Source: Bacteriovoracaceae bacterium
GTDB lineage: Bacteria > Bdellovibrionota > Bacteriovoracia > Bacteriovoracales > Bacteriovoracaceae
Direction of reading: 5' to 3'
DNA length: 64,000 bases
Assembly: GCA_044377495.1 (NCBI GenBank)
Contig: JBILYY010000001.1
Location: 24,196-88,195 of the forward strand
Each line of letters starts with the position of its first letter. The stretch's first letter is position 1. The notes beneath the pieces are model-generated. The model was not told where the DNA came from. It made no database searches and saw only the letters and a list, made by a program, of their open reading frames with translations. Below, in pieces: positions 9,583-18,944 of this stretch. The translations under genes and the position numbers were made by a program.

Positions 9583-11491
9583 ATGTCGGTGCTTCAAATT
9601 CAAGACGCAAGTTTATATTGCTCGCAAACGGTGTACCAGATGGAATAGATTGTTTTGTTACAACTCCAAAACCATTAATTTCAATTTGAATTGACCGGTC
9701 TTGAGCTAATTGCATGGCACTTGATTTGTCCAATCCTGTAAAGCTTGGCATAAAGCCTGGGGCAAACACTTTCTGCGCTGATGCCTGTTGTGATTGAACA
9801 GTGTCCATATTCTCTTTGTTGGATTTTTCATCATACTTTGCAAATTGAGCAAAATCTTTTTTCTTATAAAGGATGTATTGGGTAATTTTTTTTACTACAG
9901 GTGCTGCAGTTGCGCCTCCGTAGTATCCGTTTGCCGTTGGATGATCGATATATGCCATAACAACAAATTTTTTATTAACGTTAACAGGAAAACCAATAAA
10001 GCTTCCTATATAACCATCATAACCACCACGTGGAGAAACTCGCTGGGCCGTGCCTGTTTTACCGGCCATATCGTAATGAGGAATGATTGCATCGTTACCA
10101 GTGCCCTCGTTAACTGCATTCACTAGCATTTTAGTAACATTAATAGCCGTCTTCTCAGATAAAATTTTATTCTCAGGTTTTATTTGACTGACTTCATTTT
10201 TTAAAAGAGTTGGCTTAACTAAATATCCACCATTGGCGATGGCAGCGTAAGTCCGAAGCATTTGAATAGCTGTGGTTGCAATTCCTTGTCCAAAACTTAT
10301 ATTACTCAGACTGAGAGGTCGAACTTTATCAGTAGCTTTGTAACTAACAATACCCTTCGATTCTCCACGGATTTCCACTCCCGTTTTTTGTCCGAGCTGA
10401 AATTTATCCATGGTTTGACGTAGCTTGGGATATTTCAAATTGAAGGCTATTTTAGTAATACCTACGTTAGAGCTAAATTTTAAAATATCTCCAACCGTAA
10501 GCCATTCGAATTTCTCGTGCGTTTCTGCTTCTGATATCCAATGATTTTGTACTTTTAATTTTCCACCTTCACAGAAAAATTTTGTCTCCGGTCTAGCGAC
10601 TTTATGCTCAAGGGCAGATGCAACAGTAATTGTTTTAAAAATTGAACCTGGCTCAAATGGATCTGTTACAAAAGCCATTTTTCTTTGTTCTTGTGGATAG
10701 GCCCCGGGTTTGTTTGGATCAAAAGTAGGATAGTTTCCTATTGCTAAAATCTCACCTGTTTCAGCGTCCATAACTGCAGCTCCACCTCGGTGGGCTTTAT
10801 GGTGCACCACTGCTTCCTGCAAATAGCTTTCGAGAGCACCCTGAATATCTTTATCCAGTGAAAGTTGAATATCTGCAGCGTAAGCTTCTGAAGATTTGGA
10901 TTCAAATTTTATGGGACGCCCTTTGGCATCATGAATGTATTTTATAACCTGATGTGTACCCTTGAGCTCTTTATTCATACTGAATTCAATGCCAGCTAAA
11001 CCAGTATTATCAATACCTACAAATCCTAGTGTTTGCGCCATTAATTCACGGTTTGGGTAAACCCTATGAGAATATGATTCTACAAATATTCCTTCTAGTT
11101 TTTTTATTTTCTGTAGTTGAGACTCTGAAAGAAATACTTTTTTTGCCAGCCAAGTATATTTTGTTCTTTTTTGAACAAGTGACTTTAGTTTTGGGTAGGT
11201 AAGTTCAGGGACAACTTGTGAAAGGTTTTTAAGTTTATTATAAAAAGTGGCGTCTTTATTTTTAGGAATCGTGAAAAGATTATAAACGTGAACATTTATG
11301 GCAAGAGGACTTCCGTTGCGATCAAGAATATTTCCACGATTGGGAAAGGCTTTTACTTCTCGTATAAACTGGCTTTTTGCGTACGACAGAAGTCTTTCTT
11401 TATTAATGACCTGAATATAAAAAGCTTTACTGATCACAGCTGCAAAAAGAAAACAAAATACAATAAAACTGAAAAAAATCCTATTTTTCAC
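9572..11491 (-). CDS. ftsI: Class B penicillin-binding protein with C-terminal PASTA-like domain
   Basis: N-terminal TM, RGNILDRNG, SIFK (SxxK), SSN, KTG; tail MPSFTGL...QSIPSG resembles PASTA. Confidence 0.93.
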   Translation of the reverse strand: MKNRIFFSFIVFCFLFAAVISKAFYIQVINKERLLSYAKSQFIREVKAFPNRGNILDRNGSPLAINVHVYNLFTIPKNKDATFYNKLKNLSQVVPELTYPKLKSLVQKRTKYTWLAKKVFLSESQLQKIKKLEGIFVESYSHRVYPNRELMAQTLGFVGIDNTGLAGIEFSMNKELKGTHQVIKYIHDAKGRPIKFESKSSEAYAADIQLSLDKDIQGALESYLQEAVVHHKAHRGGAAVMDAETGEILAIGNYPTFDPNKPGAYPQEQRKMAFVTDPFEPGSIFKTITVASALEHKVARPETKFFCEGGKLKVQNHWISEAETHEKFEWLTVGDILKFSSNVGITKIAFNLKYPKLRQTMDKFQLGQKTGVEIRGESKGIVSYKATDKVRPLSLSNISFGQGIATTAIQMLRTYAAIANGGYLVKPTLLKNEVSQIKPENKILSEKTAINVTKMLVNAVNEGTGNDAIIPHYDMAGKTGTAQRVSPRGGYDGYIGSFIGFPVNVNKKFVVMAYIDHPTANGYYGGATAAPVVKKITQYILYKKKDFAQFAKYDEKSNKENMDTVQSQQASAQKVFAPGFMPSFTGLDKSSAMQLAQDRSIQIEINGFGVVTKQSIPSGTPFASNINLRLEFEAPTYAE

Positions 11492-11502
11492 AGATGTACA
11501 AC

Positions 11503-11817
11503 CTAGGGTATAAGTATTATTTGTTCAGGACCTGGTTCTTTTAAACCATATGTCGCTGCAAATTCGCGCAGCTTTGGTACAGACATTTCACGTGCACGCT
11601 GAGCTTTTAATTCTTTATTATTAATAACTGCTTTATCGATATTAATTTTGAGATTATTTAGTGAATAAGCTTGCTCAATTCCCTTCATTCGAAATGCAAC
11701 AAATAGTACAGCAAGCGTTGTGAAAGTAAGAGTGAAAGGTAGGGCCTGAGGATTAAAGAGAAACTCCATCAAACGATTATTGAATTTAAGTTTTGAACCT
11801 TTTTTTCTTAGTGCCAT
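11503..11817 (-). CDS. ftsL: FtsL-like cell division protein
   Basis: Basic N-terminus, single TM, coiled coil, lies between rsmH and ftsI; AGGGAGG RBS before ATG 11817. Confidence 0.75.
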   Translation of the reverse strand: MALRKKGSKLKFNNRLMEFLFNPQALPFTLTFTTLAVLFVAFRMKGIEQAYSLNNLKINIDKAVINNKELKAQRAREMSVPKLREFAATYGLKEPGPEQIILIP

Positions 11818-12760
11818 CAACCCTCCCTAGTTGAGATTCTCGTTGTAGTATTCGAAGTTTTGCACTTCGTGAACGAGAATTTATAGACAGCTCTTCTTCC
11901 GTAGCTGTGAGTGGCTTCTTAGTTAAAATTGTAACAGGAAAATCTTGTTTCTCCAGTATTTCTTTGAACGTGTGTTTTACAATTCGATCTTCGAGAGAAT
12001 GGAAACTGATAATTGCAAGAACTCCTCCCTCTGATAAATAAGGCAACAGTTTTGGTATAGTACTTTCCAACACTCTTAATTCATCATTTACTGCGATCCT
12101 TAAAGCCTGAAAAGATCGAGTGGCTGGATGAGTTTTCTGATGACGGTCTTTGGCCGGATAAGCATGGAAACATATGTCTTCCAATTCACTCGTTGTTTCA
12201 ATTTTCTTGGTCATGCGGAGTTCACAAATCTTGGCAGCAATTCTCCGGGAAAGCCTCTCCTCACCGTAGGTGAAAAGAAGGTCTGCAATCTCTTTTTCAG
12301 AGAGAGTATTGAGCAAATCGGCAGCAGTGGGTGTGGAATTATCACCATGATTCATGCGCATATCAAGTGGTGCATCAGCACGAAAGCTAAAGCCTCGTTC
12401 CATCTTGTCAAATTGATGGGATGAGACCCCAAGATCCATCAAGATTCCGGCAAATTTTTGCTGCATTTGATTCTGTTCGCACCACTCTGGAAATTCCACA
12501 AAGTTCATCGGAAGAAGTTTTACACTACCAACTTTGCCCCTATGGATAATATTTTCTTCGCCATTTTTTAAAGCATCCGGATCTTGATCTACAGAATAAA
12601 CCGTAGAACCAGCGATATGGTCCGACAGCGCGAAGGTATGTCCACCGGCGCCAAATGTTAGATCGGCAAACGATAACGAGCCTGAAGCTTTAGAACCTAA
12701 TTCTAAAGCTTCAAGACATTCTTTTAACATTACTGAATAGTGCTTAAGATATTCGGTCAT
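11786..12760 (-). CDS. rsmH: 16S rRNA m4C1402 methyltransferase
   Basis: HYSVM, DLTFGAGGH, DLGVSSHQ, RGFSF, PLDMRM, FQALRIAVNDEL, SFHSLEDR, RSRSAKLR. Confidence 0.97.
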   Translation of the reverse strand: MTEYLKHYSVMLKECLEALELGSKASGSLSFADLTFGAGGHTFALSDHIAGSTVYSVDQDPDALKNGEENIIHRGKVGSVKLLPMNFVEFPEWCEQNQMQQKFAGILMDLGVSSHQFDKMERGFSFRADAPLDMRMNHGDNSTPTAADLLNTLSEKEIADLLFTYGEERLSRRIAAKICELRMTKKIETTSELEDICFHAYPAKDRHQKTHPATRSFQALRIAVNDELRVLESTIPKLLPYLSEGGVLAIISFHSLEDRIVKHTFKEILEKQDFPVTILTKKPLTATEEELSINSRSRSAKLRILQRESQLGRVDGTKKKRFKT

Positions 12761-13605
12761 TATTTTAAGATAGTTTCTAAAATTTCTTTATGAGATGGCA
12801 GGTGAAGAGTTGGATCTGTCATTACTGCATATTGATTTTCTGCAGTAAATTTTATCGGATTATTTACTAAGCTCGGGATTGCTTCGAGGACAAATTTTTG
12901 GGCCGAGATATAGTTTGATTTCATGACATCCATTATCTCTTGAACAGTACAATGCTCTTCTTTCCAACAATCGTAATCAGTAACCATGGCAACTGTTGCA
13001 TAGGCTATTCCAGCTTCCTTTGCCAAGAAAGCTTCCGGCACGTTTGTCATTCCTATAACTGAAGCACCAAATCCACGATAAATTTTCGATTCTGCTCGAG
13101 TTGAAAACTGTGGACCTTCAATGCAGATATATGTTCCACCTAAGTGCGAAGTAACTCCCGCTTTTTGGCAAGCTTCGTATAGACGCTTCTGGAGGCCAGC
13201 TTCAATCGGATTAGCAGCTGAAACGTGGCCAACAATACCATCATCAAAGAAAGTTCTCTTACGTAAGCCCTTAGTCCAATCAATAAACTGATCAACTAAG
13301 ACAAAATGCTTAGGGGCGTATTCTTCCTGGAGTGAACCAACAGCAGAGATACTAACGATTGTATTTACACCAAGCTTTTTTAAAGCATAAATATTTGCGC
13401 GGTAATTTACTTCTGAGGGAGTAAATTTGTGGCCAAGACCGTGACGTGGAAGAAAATAGAAGGATGAACCTTCTACTTCGCATTCCATAATGTCTGCACT
13501 TGGATCTCCAAACGGAGTACTAACCTTGATTTGGTTTTTTACTTTAATGGCATCAAGTTTATAAATTCCTGATCCACCAATAACTGCAACCTTAATATTG
13601 GCCAT
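12760..13605 (-). CDS. mtnP: S-methyl-5'-thioadenosine phosphorylase
   Basis: IGGSG, TPFG, PRHG, VNYRANI, EGPQFSTRAES, GMT, VTDYDCW. Confidence 0.92.
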   Translation of the reverse strand: MANIKVAVIGGSGIYKLDAIKVKNQIKVSTPFGDPSADIMECEVEGSSFYFLPRHGLGHKFTPSEVNYRANIYALKKLGVNTIVSISAVGSLQEEYAPKHFVLVDQFIDWTKGLRKRTFFDDGIVGHVSAANPIEAGLQKRLYEACQKAGVTSHLGGTYICIEGPQFSTRAESKIYRGFGASVIGMTNVPEAFLAKEAGIAYATVAMVTDYDCWKEEHCTVQEIMDVMKSNYISAQKFVLEAIPSLVNNPIKFTAENQYAVMTDPTLHLPSHKEILETILK

Positions 13606-13612
13606 AAATTCC

Positions 13613-14050
13613 TTAAGCCATCATTCCAGTTAAATCCGAAACCTTGCCAAGTGATTTGGACTGTCGGCCTATAAAACTGTTGGATTCATCTCTTTCAGAT
13701 TCTTCTTTGCACTGGATACACATTTCTGCTGTTGGTCTTGCCAATAAACGTTCAAAACGAATTCCTTCACCGCAGTCACTGCATAGACCATATTCATCCA
13801 TGTCAAATTTCTTCAAAGCTTTCTCTATTTTTTTAACATAGAAAACTTCACGATTTCTGAAACGAAGTAAATGCGAGTTGATATAGTCTGTAATTGACTG
13901 CTCAACCTCATCACCACCCTCAGGTTTAGATAGTTCAATATTTGATGCATTAACCTGATCACTAAAAACAAGACTATTTTTTTCCTCTATAAGCTTTTGC
14001 TTAAGAGTTTCAATTTGTCTTTTAGTAAGTGCTCTAACTTTTTCAGCCAT
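13613..14050 (-). CDS. DksA/TraR family C4 zinc-finger protein
   Basis: Coiled coil then YGLCSDCGEGI..ERL.ARP...CIQC; tip motif DEVEQS differs from DxxDxA. Confidence 0.88.
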   Translation of the reverse strand: MAEKVRALTKRQIETLKQKLIEEKNSLVFSDQVNASNIELSKPEGGDEVEQSITDYINSHLLRFRNREVFYVKKIEKALKKFDMDEYGLCSDCGEGIRFERLLARPTAEMCIQCKEESERDESNSFIGRQSKSLGKVSDLTGMMA

Positions 14051-14072
14051 GGGGATAACTCCTCTTATTAAA

Positions 14073-14663
14073 CTATTCCAGTCCGCCCTTAATATTAAGC
14101 AAAACTGATTTCGATATCATTTTTAAGGTTTCAAATACACCATGCCCCTGACTTGCGATAGCTTCAAAGGATGGATTTTTTCTTTTATTTAATTGCATCT
14201 GAAGATCTTCAACCGGAACAATATTAGGTAAGTCCCTTTTGTTCCACTGCATAACCATTGGCACTTTAGCTAAATCATACCCTTGATCAATAAGATTTCT
14301 TTCTAGGCCGTGAAACGATTCAAGATTCGCCTCCATTCGTTCTACTTGTGAGTCTGCAACGAATACTAAGCCATCGACACCGCGTAAAATGAGTTTACGG
14401 CTTGCTTCATAAAAAACTTGCCCTGGAACGGTGTAAAGATGAAAACGAGTTTTAAACCCTCGTATCTCACCCAGATCAAGCGGAAGAAAATCAAAAAACA
14501 ACGTACGCTCATTCTCAGTATTAAGCGTAATCATTTGACCTTTGTTTTGGGAACTTGTCTTTTGGTAGATATATTGAATGTTGGTTGTTTTCCCGCCAAG
14601 GCCGGGACCATAATAAACAATCTTACAGTTAATTTCTTTAGTATGATAATTTACAAATGACAT
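14073..14663 (-). CDS. mglA: MglA small Ras-like GTPase
   Basis: [38 protein letters not shown]. Confidence 0.96.
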   Translation of the reverse strand: MSFVNYHTKEINCKIVYYGPGLGGKTTNIQYIYQKTSSQNKGQMITLNTENERTLFFDFLPLDLGEIRGFKTRFHLYTVPGQVFYEASRKLILRGVDGLVFVADSQVERMEANLESFHGLERNLIDQGYDLAKVPMVMQWNKRDLPNIVPVEDLQMQLNKRKNPSFEAIASQGHGVFETLKMISKSVLLNIKGGLE

Positions 14664-14664
14664 A

Positions 14665-15156
14665 TTACAAACCGCCTAAAGAGAAAAGTCTATCTATCTC
14701 AGCATCTGAGATATCCTGAAAAAGAAAATCTTGACGCTTAGAAACCACGTTCTTTTTAGGTATTGGCTCATTTATAAACAGTCTCTCCATTTCTTCTTTA
14801 ATTAGTGCTATCTGTCTCTTAAGTTGACCAGGATTAAGACATTCATTATAAATTGCCCCGAGGAAATATCTTTTTCCAGACAAGCTAAACGGAAATAAGA
14901 AAATGCCTTGGGACGATGTATCAAAGCCAAGGCGAAAATCCATCACATCACTTTGTTTATATACTAAACCCATTAAGGCTTCCGAAGCTTGCCAGACTCC
15001 ACTTACTAAAGCTGCAACAGAGGTTGTTGTATTGTTTTGAATAGAATCATAAATAGTAATTCCATCTTCTCGAGTTACAAAAAGCCGCGCATTTATCCCA
15101 TCTAGTTTAGGTTCCAGGATTAATTTAACTTTCTCTGTTACAGATAGTGCTTTCAT
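14665..15156 (-). CDS. mglB: Divergent MglB (Roadblock/LC7) protein
   Basis: Directly upstream of mglA; roadblock-like DG/AAL pattern; C-terminal [13 protein letters not shown] resembles the myxobacterial MglB terminal helix. Confidence 0.75.
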   Translation of the reverse strand: MKALSVTEKVKLILEPKLDGINARLFVTREDGITIYDSIQNNTTTSVAALVSGVWQASEALMGLVYKQSDVMDFRLGFDTSSQGIFLFPFSLSGKRYFLGAIYNECLNPGQLKRQIALIKEEMERLFINEPIPKKNVVSKRQDFLFQDISDAEIDRLFSLGGL

Positions 15157-15752
15157 TAAAACCTTTTACGATTTTCTAATGCTTTCGTTATAGTCATAGG
15201 ATCTAGATATTCTAAGCTTCCACCAATTGGAACGCCAAAACCAATTCTATCCACTTGTACAGATGCAGGAAGAATTGATTTTAAATATGAACAAGTAGCA
15301 TCCCCTTCAACTGAAGGATTCACAGCTAAAATAATTTCTTGTATCTCTTTTTTGATAATTTTGTTGCGAAGATCATCCATTTTCAATTCATCAGGCCCAA
15401 CGCCAAGTAAAGGATTTAAAACTCCGCCTAGAATATGATAAACACCTTTAAAGGTACCACTCTTTTCAATGGCCATTAGGTCAGAGGCATTTTCAACAAC
15501 ACAAAGAGTATGAATACTTACTCGCGAGTCATTAGCACAAATGCTACACTGATTTTCATCAGCAAACATTCCACACTCTAAACAAAGCTTAAGATGCTGA
15601 AGTGAAGCAAGTGCCGAACTTACGCTTGTAAGTTCAACAGATTTCCAATTGGTCATATTCATAACCATCCTGAAGGCAGTTTTCTCGCCAACACCCGGTA
15701 AACGAGTGAGAGCTTCTACGGCATTTTTTATAACTTCAGGTAATTGAATCAC
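15156..15752 (-). CDS. recR: Recombination mediator RecR
   Basis: LPGVGEKTA HhH, C4 finger, YHILGG, NPSVEGDAT Toprim, LEYLD. Confidence 0.96.
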   Translation of the reverse strand: MIQLPEVIKNAVEALTRLPGVGEKTAFRMVMNMTNWKSVELTSVSSALASLQHLKLCLECGMFADENQCSICANDSRVSIHTLCVVENASDLMAIEKSGTFKGVYHILGGVLNPLLGVGPDELKMDDLRNKIIKKEIQEIILAVNPSVEGDATCSYLKSILPASVQVDRIGFGVPIGGSLEYLDPMTITKALENRKRF

Positions 15753-16060
15753 TAGAACATTCCTGGGATATTCATTCCACCTGTAACTTTGGCCATCGCT
15801 TGTTGGACCATATCTTGAGACTGCTTCATAGCTTGATTTACTGCTGTGAAAACTAGTTCTTCAAGAGTTGTAACATCATTAGGATCAACGCACTCTTTAT
15901 TGATTGTGATACTTAGCAATTGTTGTTTTCCATTAACCTTAACTTTAACCATTCCGCCGCCGGCAGCTGCTTCTACTTCTCTATCGTTAAGTTCATTTTG
16001 TAGCATGGCAAGTTTCGCCTGCATTTGTTGTGCTTGTTTCATTAAGTTATTCATGTTCAT
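15752..16060 (-). CDS. ybaB: YbaB/EbfC nucleoid-associated protein
   Basis: MKQAQQMQ, GGGMVKV, LEELVFTAVN; between dnaX and recR. Confidence 0.95.
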   Translation of the reverse strand: MNMNNLMKQAQQMQAKLAMLQNELNDREVEAAAGGGMVKVKVNGKQQLLSITINKECVDPNDVTTLEELVFTAVNQAMKQSQDMVQQAMAKVTGGMNIPGMF

Positions 16061-16068
16061 AAGAACTC

Positions 16069-17673
16069 CTAGTCATTCAATATAATTTTATCAATCTTAC
16101 TGTTAAAAAGTTTTTCGGCTTCTTTAACGTATGGATCGTTTAATATTTTCTGTTTTCTCTCTTCTTCTATGTTCTTTCTAGTTTCATCACCAATTTCAAC
16201 AGTTGTTTTGAAATTTTTATCTTTCTTCTCTTCCGCACTCAAAAGTTGCGTTTTAAAGTGCAACTTCTCAATATCAACTTCAAAGAAGTCGGCCAAGTGA
16301 TTTTTTAACCTGGCGTAAATTTCTTTATCCTCCAAAAACTCCTTGAACACAGATGCGTTTTCAGGGAACGCGACTTGAATTGTAAGCGGTACTATATTGA
16401 TATCAAATTCTTCAATCAAGTTACCATGCTCAAGATTTGCCGCTGTTGCAGGCGCTGCTGCTAGTAGATAACCCAGAAAATCATTCCATGTTTTAGCGAA
16501 TTTAACCGGAGCTTCTATTTTTATTATTGCTCCGGCTTCAGACTTTCCCAGTTGAATAATTTCCTCAACCTTAACGTCCTCGCCTTTCAATATGGTTCTG
16601 CGTAAGCACATTTTCTGGAGCAAAATCAGTACAACCTTTTCAGGGTTCATACTTGTTAATGCCCATTGAAAATCTTTAACTAATGATTCATAAATCCAAA
16701 AGATTTCAGCAATTGAGATTCCTTCAAGCGACTTCTCATTAATCAACTCTTGCGCATAGAGAGATTTTTGATCATCAATTGAATTAATTATTTTGTAAAA
16801 TCCATCTAGAATCTGGTCGCAGAGTTTTTTTAAATCAATATTCTCTTCGATTAGCTGGGTGAAAATAGTGCTACATTTTTTAGGCTGAGACGTTAGGATG
16901 CCTGAAAGAAGTTCTTTCATGGCAGATGTTCCCGCCAGTCCAAGTGCACTTGTTAATAAGTCTTCATTTATATTTTGAGTGGCTGACAGCCCAAGTACCT
17001 GGTCAAAAATTGATAGCGTGTCCCGTACGGAACCCTTACCAAGTTCTGCTAATTTCTCCGCTATTTTTGGCGTTGAGAATTTAATCCCCTCCGCGATAGC
17101 TATTTTCAATACATGCTCTTTAAGAATATCTATAGAAACATTTTTAAAGTCATATCGCTGGCATCGAGAAATTACCGTTCCTAAAAGCTTATGTGGATCG
17201 GTTGTCGCTAAGATAAAAAGAACGTGTGCAGGTGGCTCTTCTAAGGTTTTAAGTAGCGCGTTAAATGCACTAATTGAAAGCATGTGCACTTCATCAATAA
17301 CGTAGACTTTGTATTTTCCTCGAGTTGGTAGGTAGTTAACATTTTCAATCAGTGCTCTAACATCATCAACACTATTATTTGAGGCGCCATCTATTTCAAT
17401 GTAGTCCATAGAATTACTGGCATCAATATCACGGCAAGAAGCACAGACTAGGCATGGATTAAAATCTGCTTTCCGATTTTCACAACGTATGGCTTTTGCA
17501 AATAAACGAGCAATTGATGTTTTTCCTACACCACGAGTTCCGGTGAACAAATAGGCATGCGCAAGCTTCTCCTGCTTGATAGCATTTTGCAGAGTTCTAG
17601 TAACATGAGCTTGCCCAACAACTTCTTCGAATTGTTTAGGTCGCCATTTTCTGGCCAGGACTTGATAGGCCAT
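16069..17673 (-). CDS. dnaX: DNA polymerase III subunit gamma/tau
   Basis: LARKWRP, GTRGVGKT, EIDGAS, DEVHML, KTLEEPP, SRCQ. Confidence 0.97.
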   Translation of the reverse strand: MAYQVLARKWRPKQFEEVVGQAHVTRTLQNAIKQEKLAHAYLFTGTRGVGKTSIARLFAKAIRCENRKADFNPCLVCASCRDIDASNSMDYIEIDGASNNSVDDVRALIENVNYLPTRGKYKVYVIDEVHMLSISAFNALLKTLEEPPAHVLFILATTDPHKLLGTVISRCQRYDFKNVSIDILKEHVLKIAIAEGIKFSTPKIAEKLAELGKGSVRDTLSIFDQVLGLSATQNINEDLLTSALGLAGTSAMKELLSGILTSQPKKCSTIFTQLIEENIDLKKLCDQILDGFYKIINSIDDQKSLYAQELINEKSLEGISIAEIFWIYESLVKDFQWALTSMNPEKVVLILLQKMCLRRTILKGEDVKVEEIIQLGKSEAGAIIKIEAPVKFAKTWNDFLGYLLAAAPATAANLEHGNLIEEFDINIVPLTIQVAFPENASVFKEFLEDKEIYARLKNHLADFFEVDIEKLHFKTQLLSAEEKKDKNFKTTVEIGDETRKNIEEERKQKILNDPYVKEAEKLFNSKIDKIILND

Positions 17674-17914
17674 AACACTCCAGAAATTTTGGTTTTGAAA
17701 GTCGGAAAATAGGGGAGTTACCCCTTGAAGTCATGGCGCAACTGCTTCGAAAAAGTGATAAAAAATCGAGTGTAAGAAGATTTAAGATCAGGTTAACTAT
17801 ATCTGGTTTTCAGAGGGAAAAACAAGGATTTACGCAAGACTCAAATTGATTAAATTTGTTTGATTCAAAGAGTAAATTTGTTTATTGGTTGAAAATTCTA
17901 TGCGGGAAAATTTA

Positions 17915-18017
17915 GCAGCAGCCTGAACTTAAACACAACATTCCAATCCACTACCGTTGCTCCATTCCTGGCCTGGCGGGGTTGGTGGCGAAATGCTCAT
18001 CTAAGACAGACTGCCGT
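17915..18017 (-). ncRNA. ffs: Signal recognition particle RNA (small bacterial 4.5S type), about 100 nt
   Basis: Minus strand has ACCCCGCCAGGCCAGGAATGGAGCAACGGTAG (helix 8, GGAA loop); 5' GGCAGTCTG pairs with 3' CAGGCTGCT; usual position upstream of dnaX; ends approximate. Confidence 0.9.
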
Positions 18018-18022
18018 CGAGC

Positions 18023-18051
18023 ATCCTAATCCTTCATGAAAATTATGTAAA
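18023..18051 (-). promoter_or_regulatory. sigma70-type promoter for ffs
   Basis: TTTACA-N17-TAGGAT ending 6 nt before the predicted ffs 5' end. Confidence 0.65.
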
Positions 18052-18060
18052 GAGTTTGAA

Positions 18061-18089
18061 TTGAAACCAGTTTAAATTGATATTATAAA
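18061..18089 (+). promoter_or_regulatory. sigma70-type promoter divergent from ffs
   Basis: TTGAAA-N17-TATAAA. Confidence 0.6.
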
Positions 18090-18135
18090 AAGTAAAATTG
18101 AAACAGTGAGTAAAACAGTTATGGAGGCTAAATGC

Positions 18136-18309
18136 ATGTCCGATTTTATTCACAAAAGATCAAGTTTAAACATCTGTCTAAACTGGTTAGGTAGGGTCGC
18201 AAGTTTTGGTGCATTTCGTTTATTCTGGATTATTCTCAATCGTTTTTGGCGGAACAAATGTGATAACTTTTCACGTTTTAGAAAAAATAAAAAAATAAGT
18301 CTTAAATAA
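18136..18309 (+). CDS. Putative 57-aa cationic, aromatic-rich small protein
   Basis: GGAGG at 18123-18127, 8 nt before ATG; upstream consensus promoter; MSDFIHKRSSLNICLNWLGRVASFGAFRLFWIILNRFWRNKCDNFSRFRKNKKISLK; no homology recognised. Confidence 0.45.
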   Translation: MSDFIHKRSSLNICLNWLGRVASFGAFRLFWIILNRFWRNKCDNFSRFRKNKKISLK

Positions 18310-18399
18310 TGGCGGAGATGGAGAGATTCGAACTCTCGAATGGCTTTCACCATTACACGCTTTCCAAGCGTGCTCATTCGACCGCTCTGACACATCTCC
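18310..18399 (-). tRNA. tRNA-Ser(GGA)
   Basis: GGAGATG acceptor, CACGC-TTGGAAA-GCGTG anticodon arm, long variable arm, GTTCGAATC, encoded CCA. Confidence 0.97.
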
Positions 18400-18452
18400 G
18401 CATTTAAAACTTGCGAGCAAGTGTTTTAACACATGCATATCGCGTCAAACAA

Positions 18453-18941
18453 CTAGTTCTTGGGTATGTAATTTCCACGACGTTCTTTAAAGAACTGAGA
18501 AAGGATTTTTGAGCACTCGAAATGTTTCATACCGCCCAAAATGGAAAACTGATGATTAAAACGCTTGTCCTTGTGAAAATGATAACCAAGACTAAGTGCA
18601 CCGCCTTTGGCATCGTAGGCACCAAAGATACATCGCTTAATTCGTGACTGGACCATGGCACTTAGGCACATAGGGCAAGGCTCGAGGGTTACATAAAGAG
18701 TGCAATCAGAAAGCCGCCAATTTTTTATTTTTTTTCCAGCGGCCTCCATGCATAAAATCTCAGCATGGCCAGTAGGATTGAAATGAATTTCTTTGGTATT
18801 AAATTTCTTGGATAGAACTTCACCAGTAGGCGAAACCAATACCGCACCAACTGGAACTTCACTTGCCTTATAAGCAAGATCAGCTTGCTCTAAGGCAAGG
18901 TCCATAAACCACATATGGTCTTGAAGTTCAGATTTAAGCAT
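18453..18941 (-). CDS. tadA: tRNA adenosine(34) deaminase
   Basis: EVPVGAV, HAE, LYVTLEPCPMC; its bacterial substrate tRNA-Arg(ACG) is also in the window. Confidence 0.94.
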   Translation of the reverse strand: MLKSELQDHMWFMDLALEQADLAYKASEVPVGAVLVSPTGEVLSKKFNTKEIHFNPTGHAEILCMEAAGKKIKNWRLSDCTLYVTLEPCPMCLSAMVQSRIKRCIFGAYDAKGGALSLGYHFHKDKRFNHQFSILGGMKHFECSKILSQFFKERRGNYIPKN

Positions 18942-18944
18942 AGA

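Noticed and set aside
11585-11600. TTTCACGTG (also TTCACGTG near 29772) as parS sites near the origin
   Set aside because: Only the core matches; the flanks deviate strongly from TGTTTCACGTGAAACA.
16069-17673. Programmed -1 frameshift in dnaX giving a gamma subunit
   Set aside because: I saw no A-AAA-AAG site at the domain III/IV boundary; the T-TTA-AAA near 16830 lies inside domain III, where truncation would not give a sensible product.
17711-17725. AGGGG-AGTTA-CCCCT hairpin as ffs terminator or riboswitch
   Set aside because: 5-bp stem, about 190 nt from the ffs 3' end, and no recognisable aptamer; probably part of the dnaX leader.
18150-18395. 81-aa minus-strand ORF from the ORF track
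   Set aside because: Its 5' part is the tRNA-Ser(GGA) gene itself.
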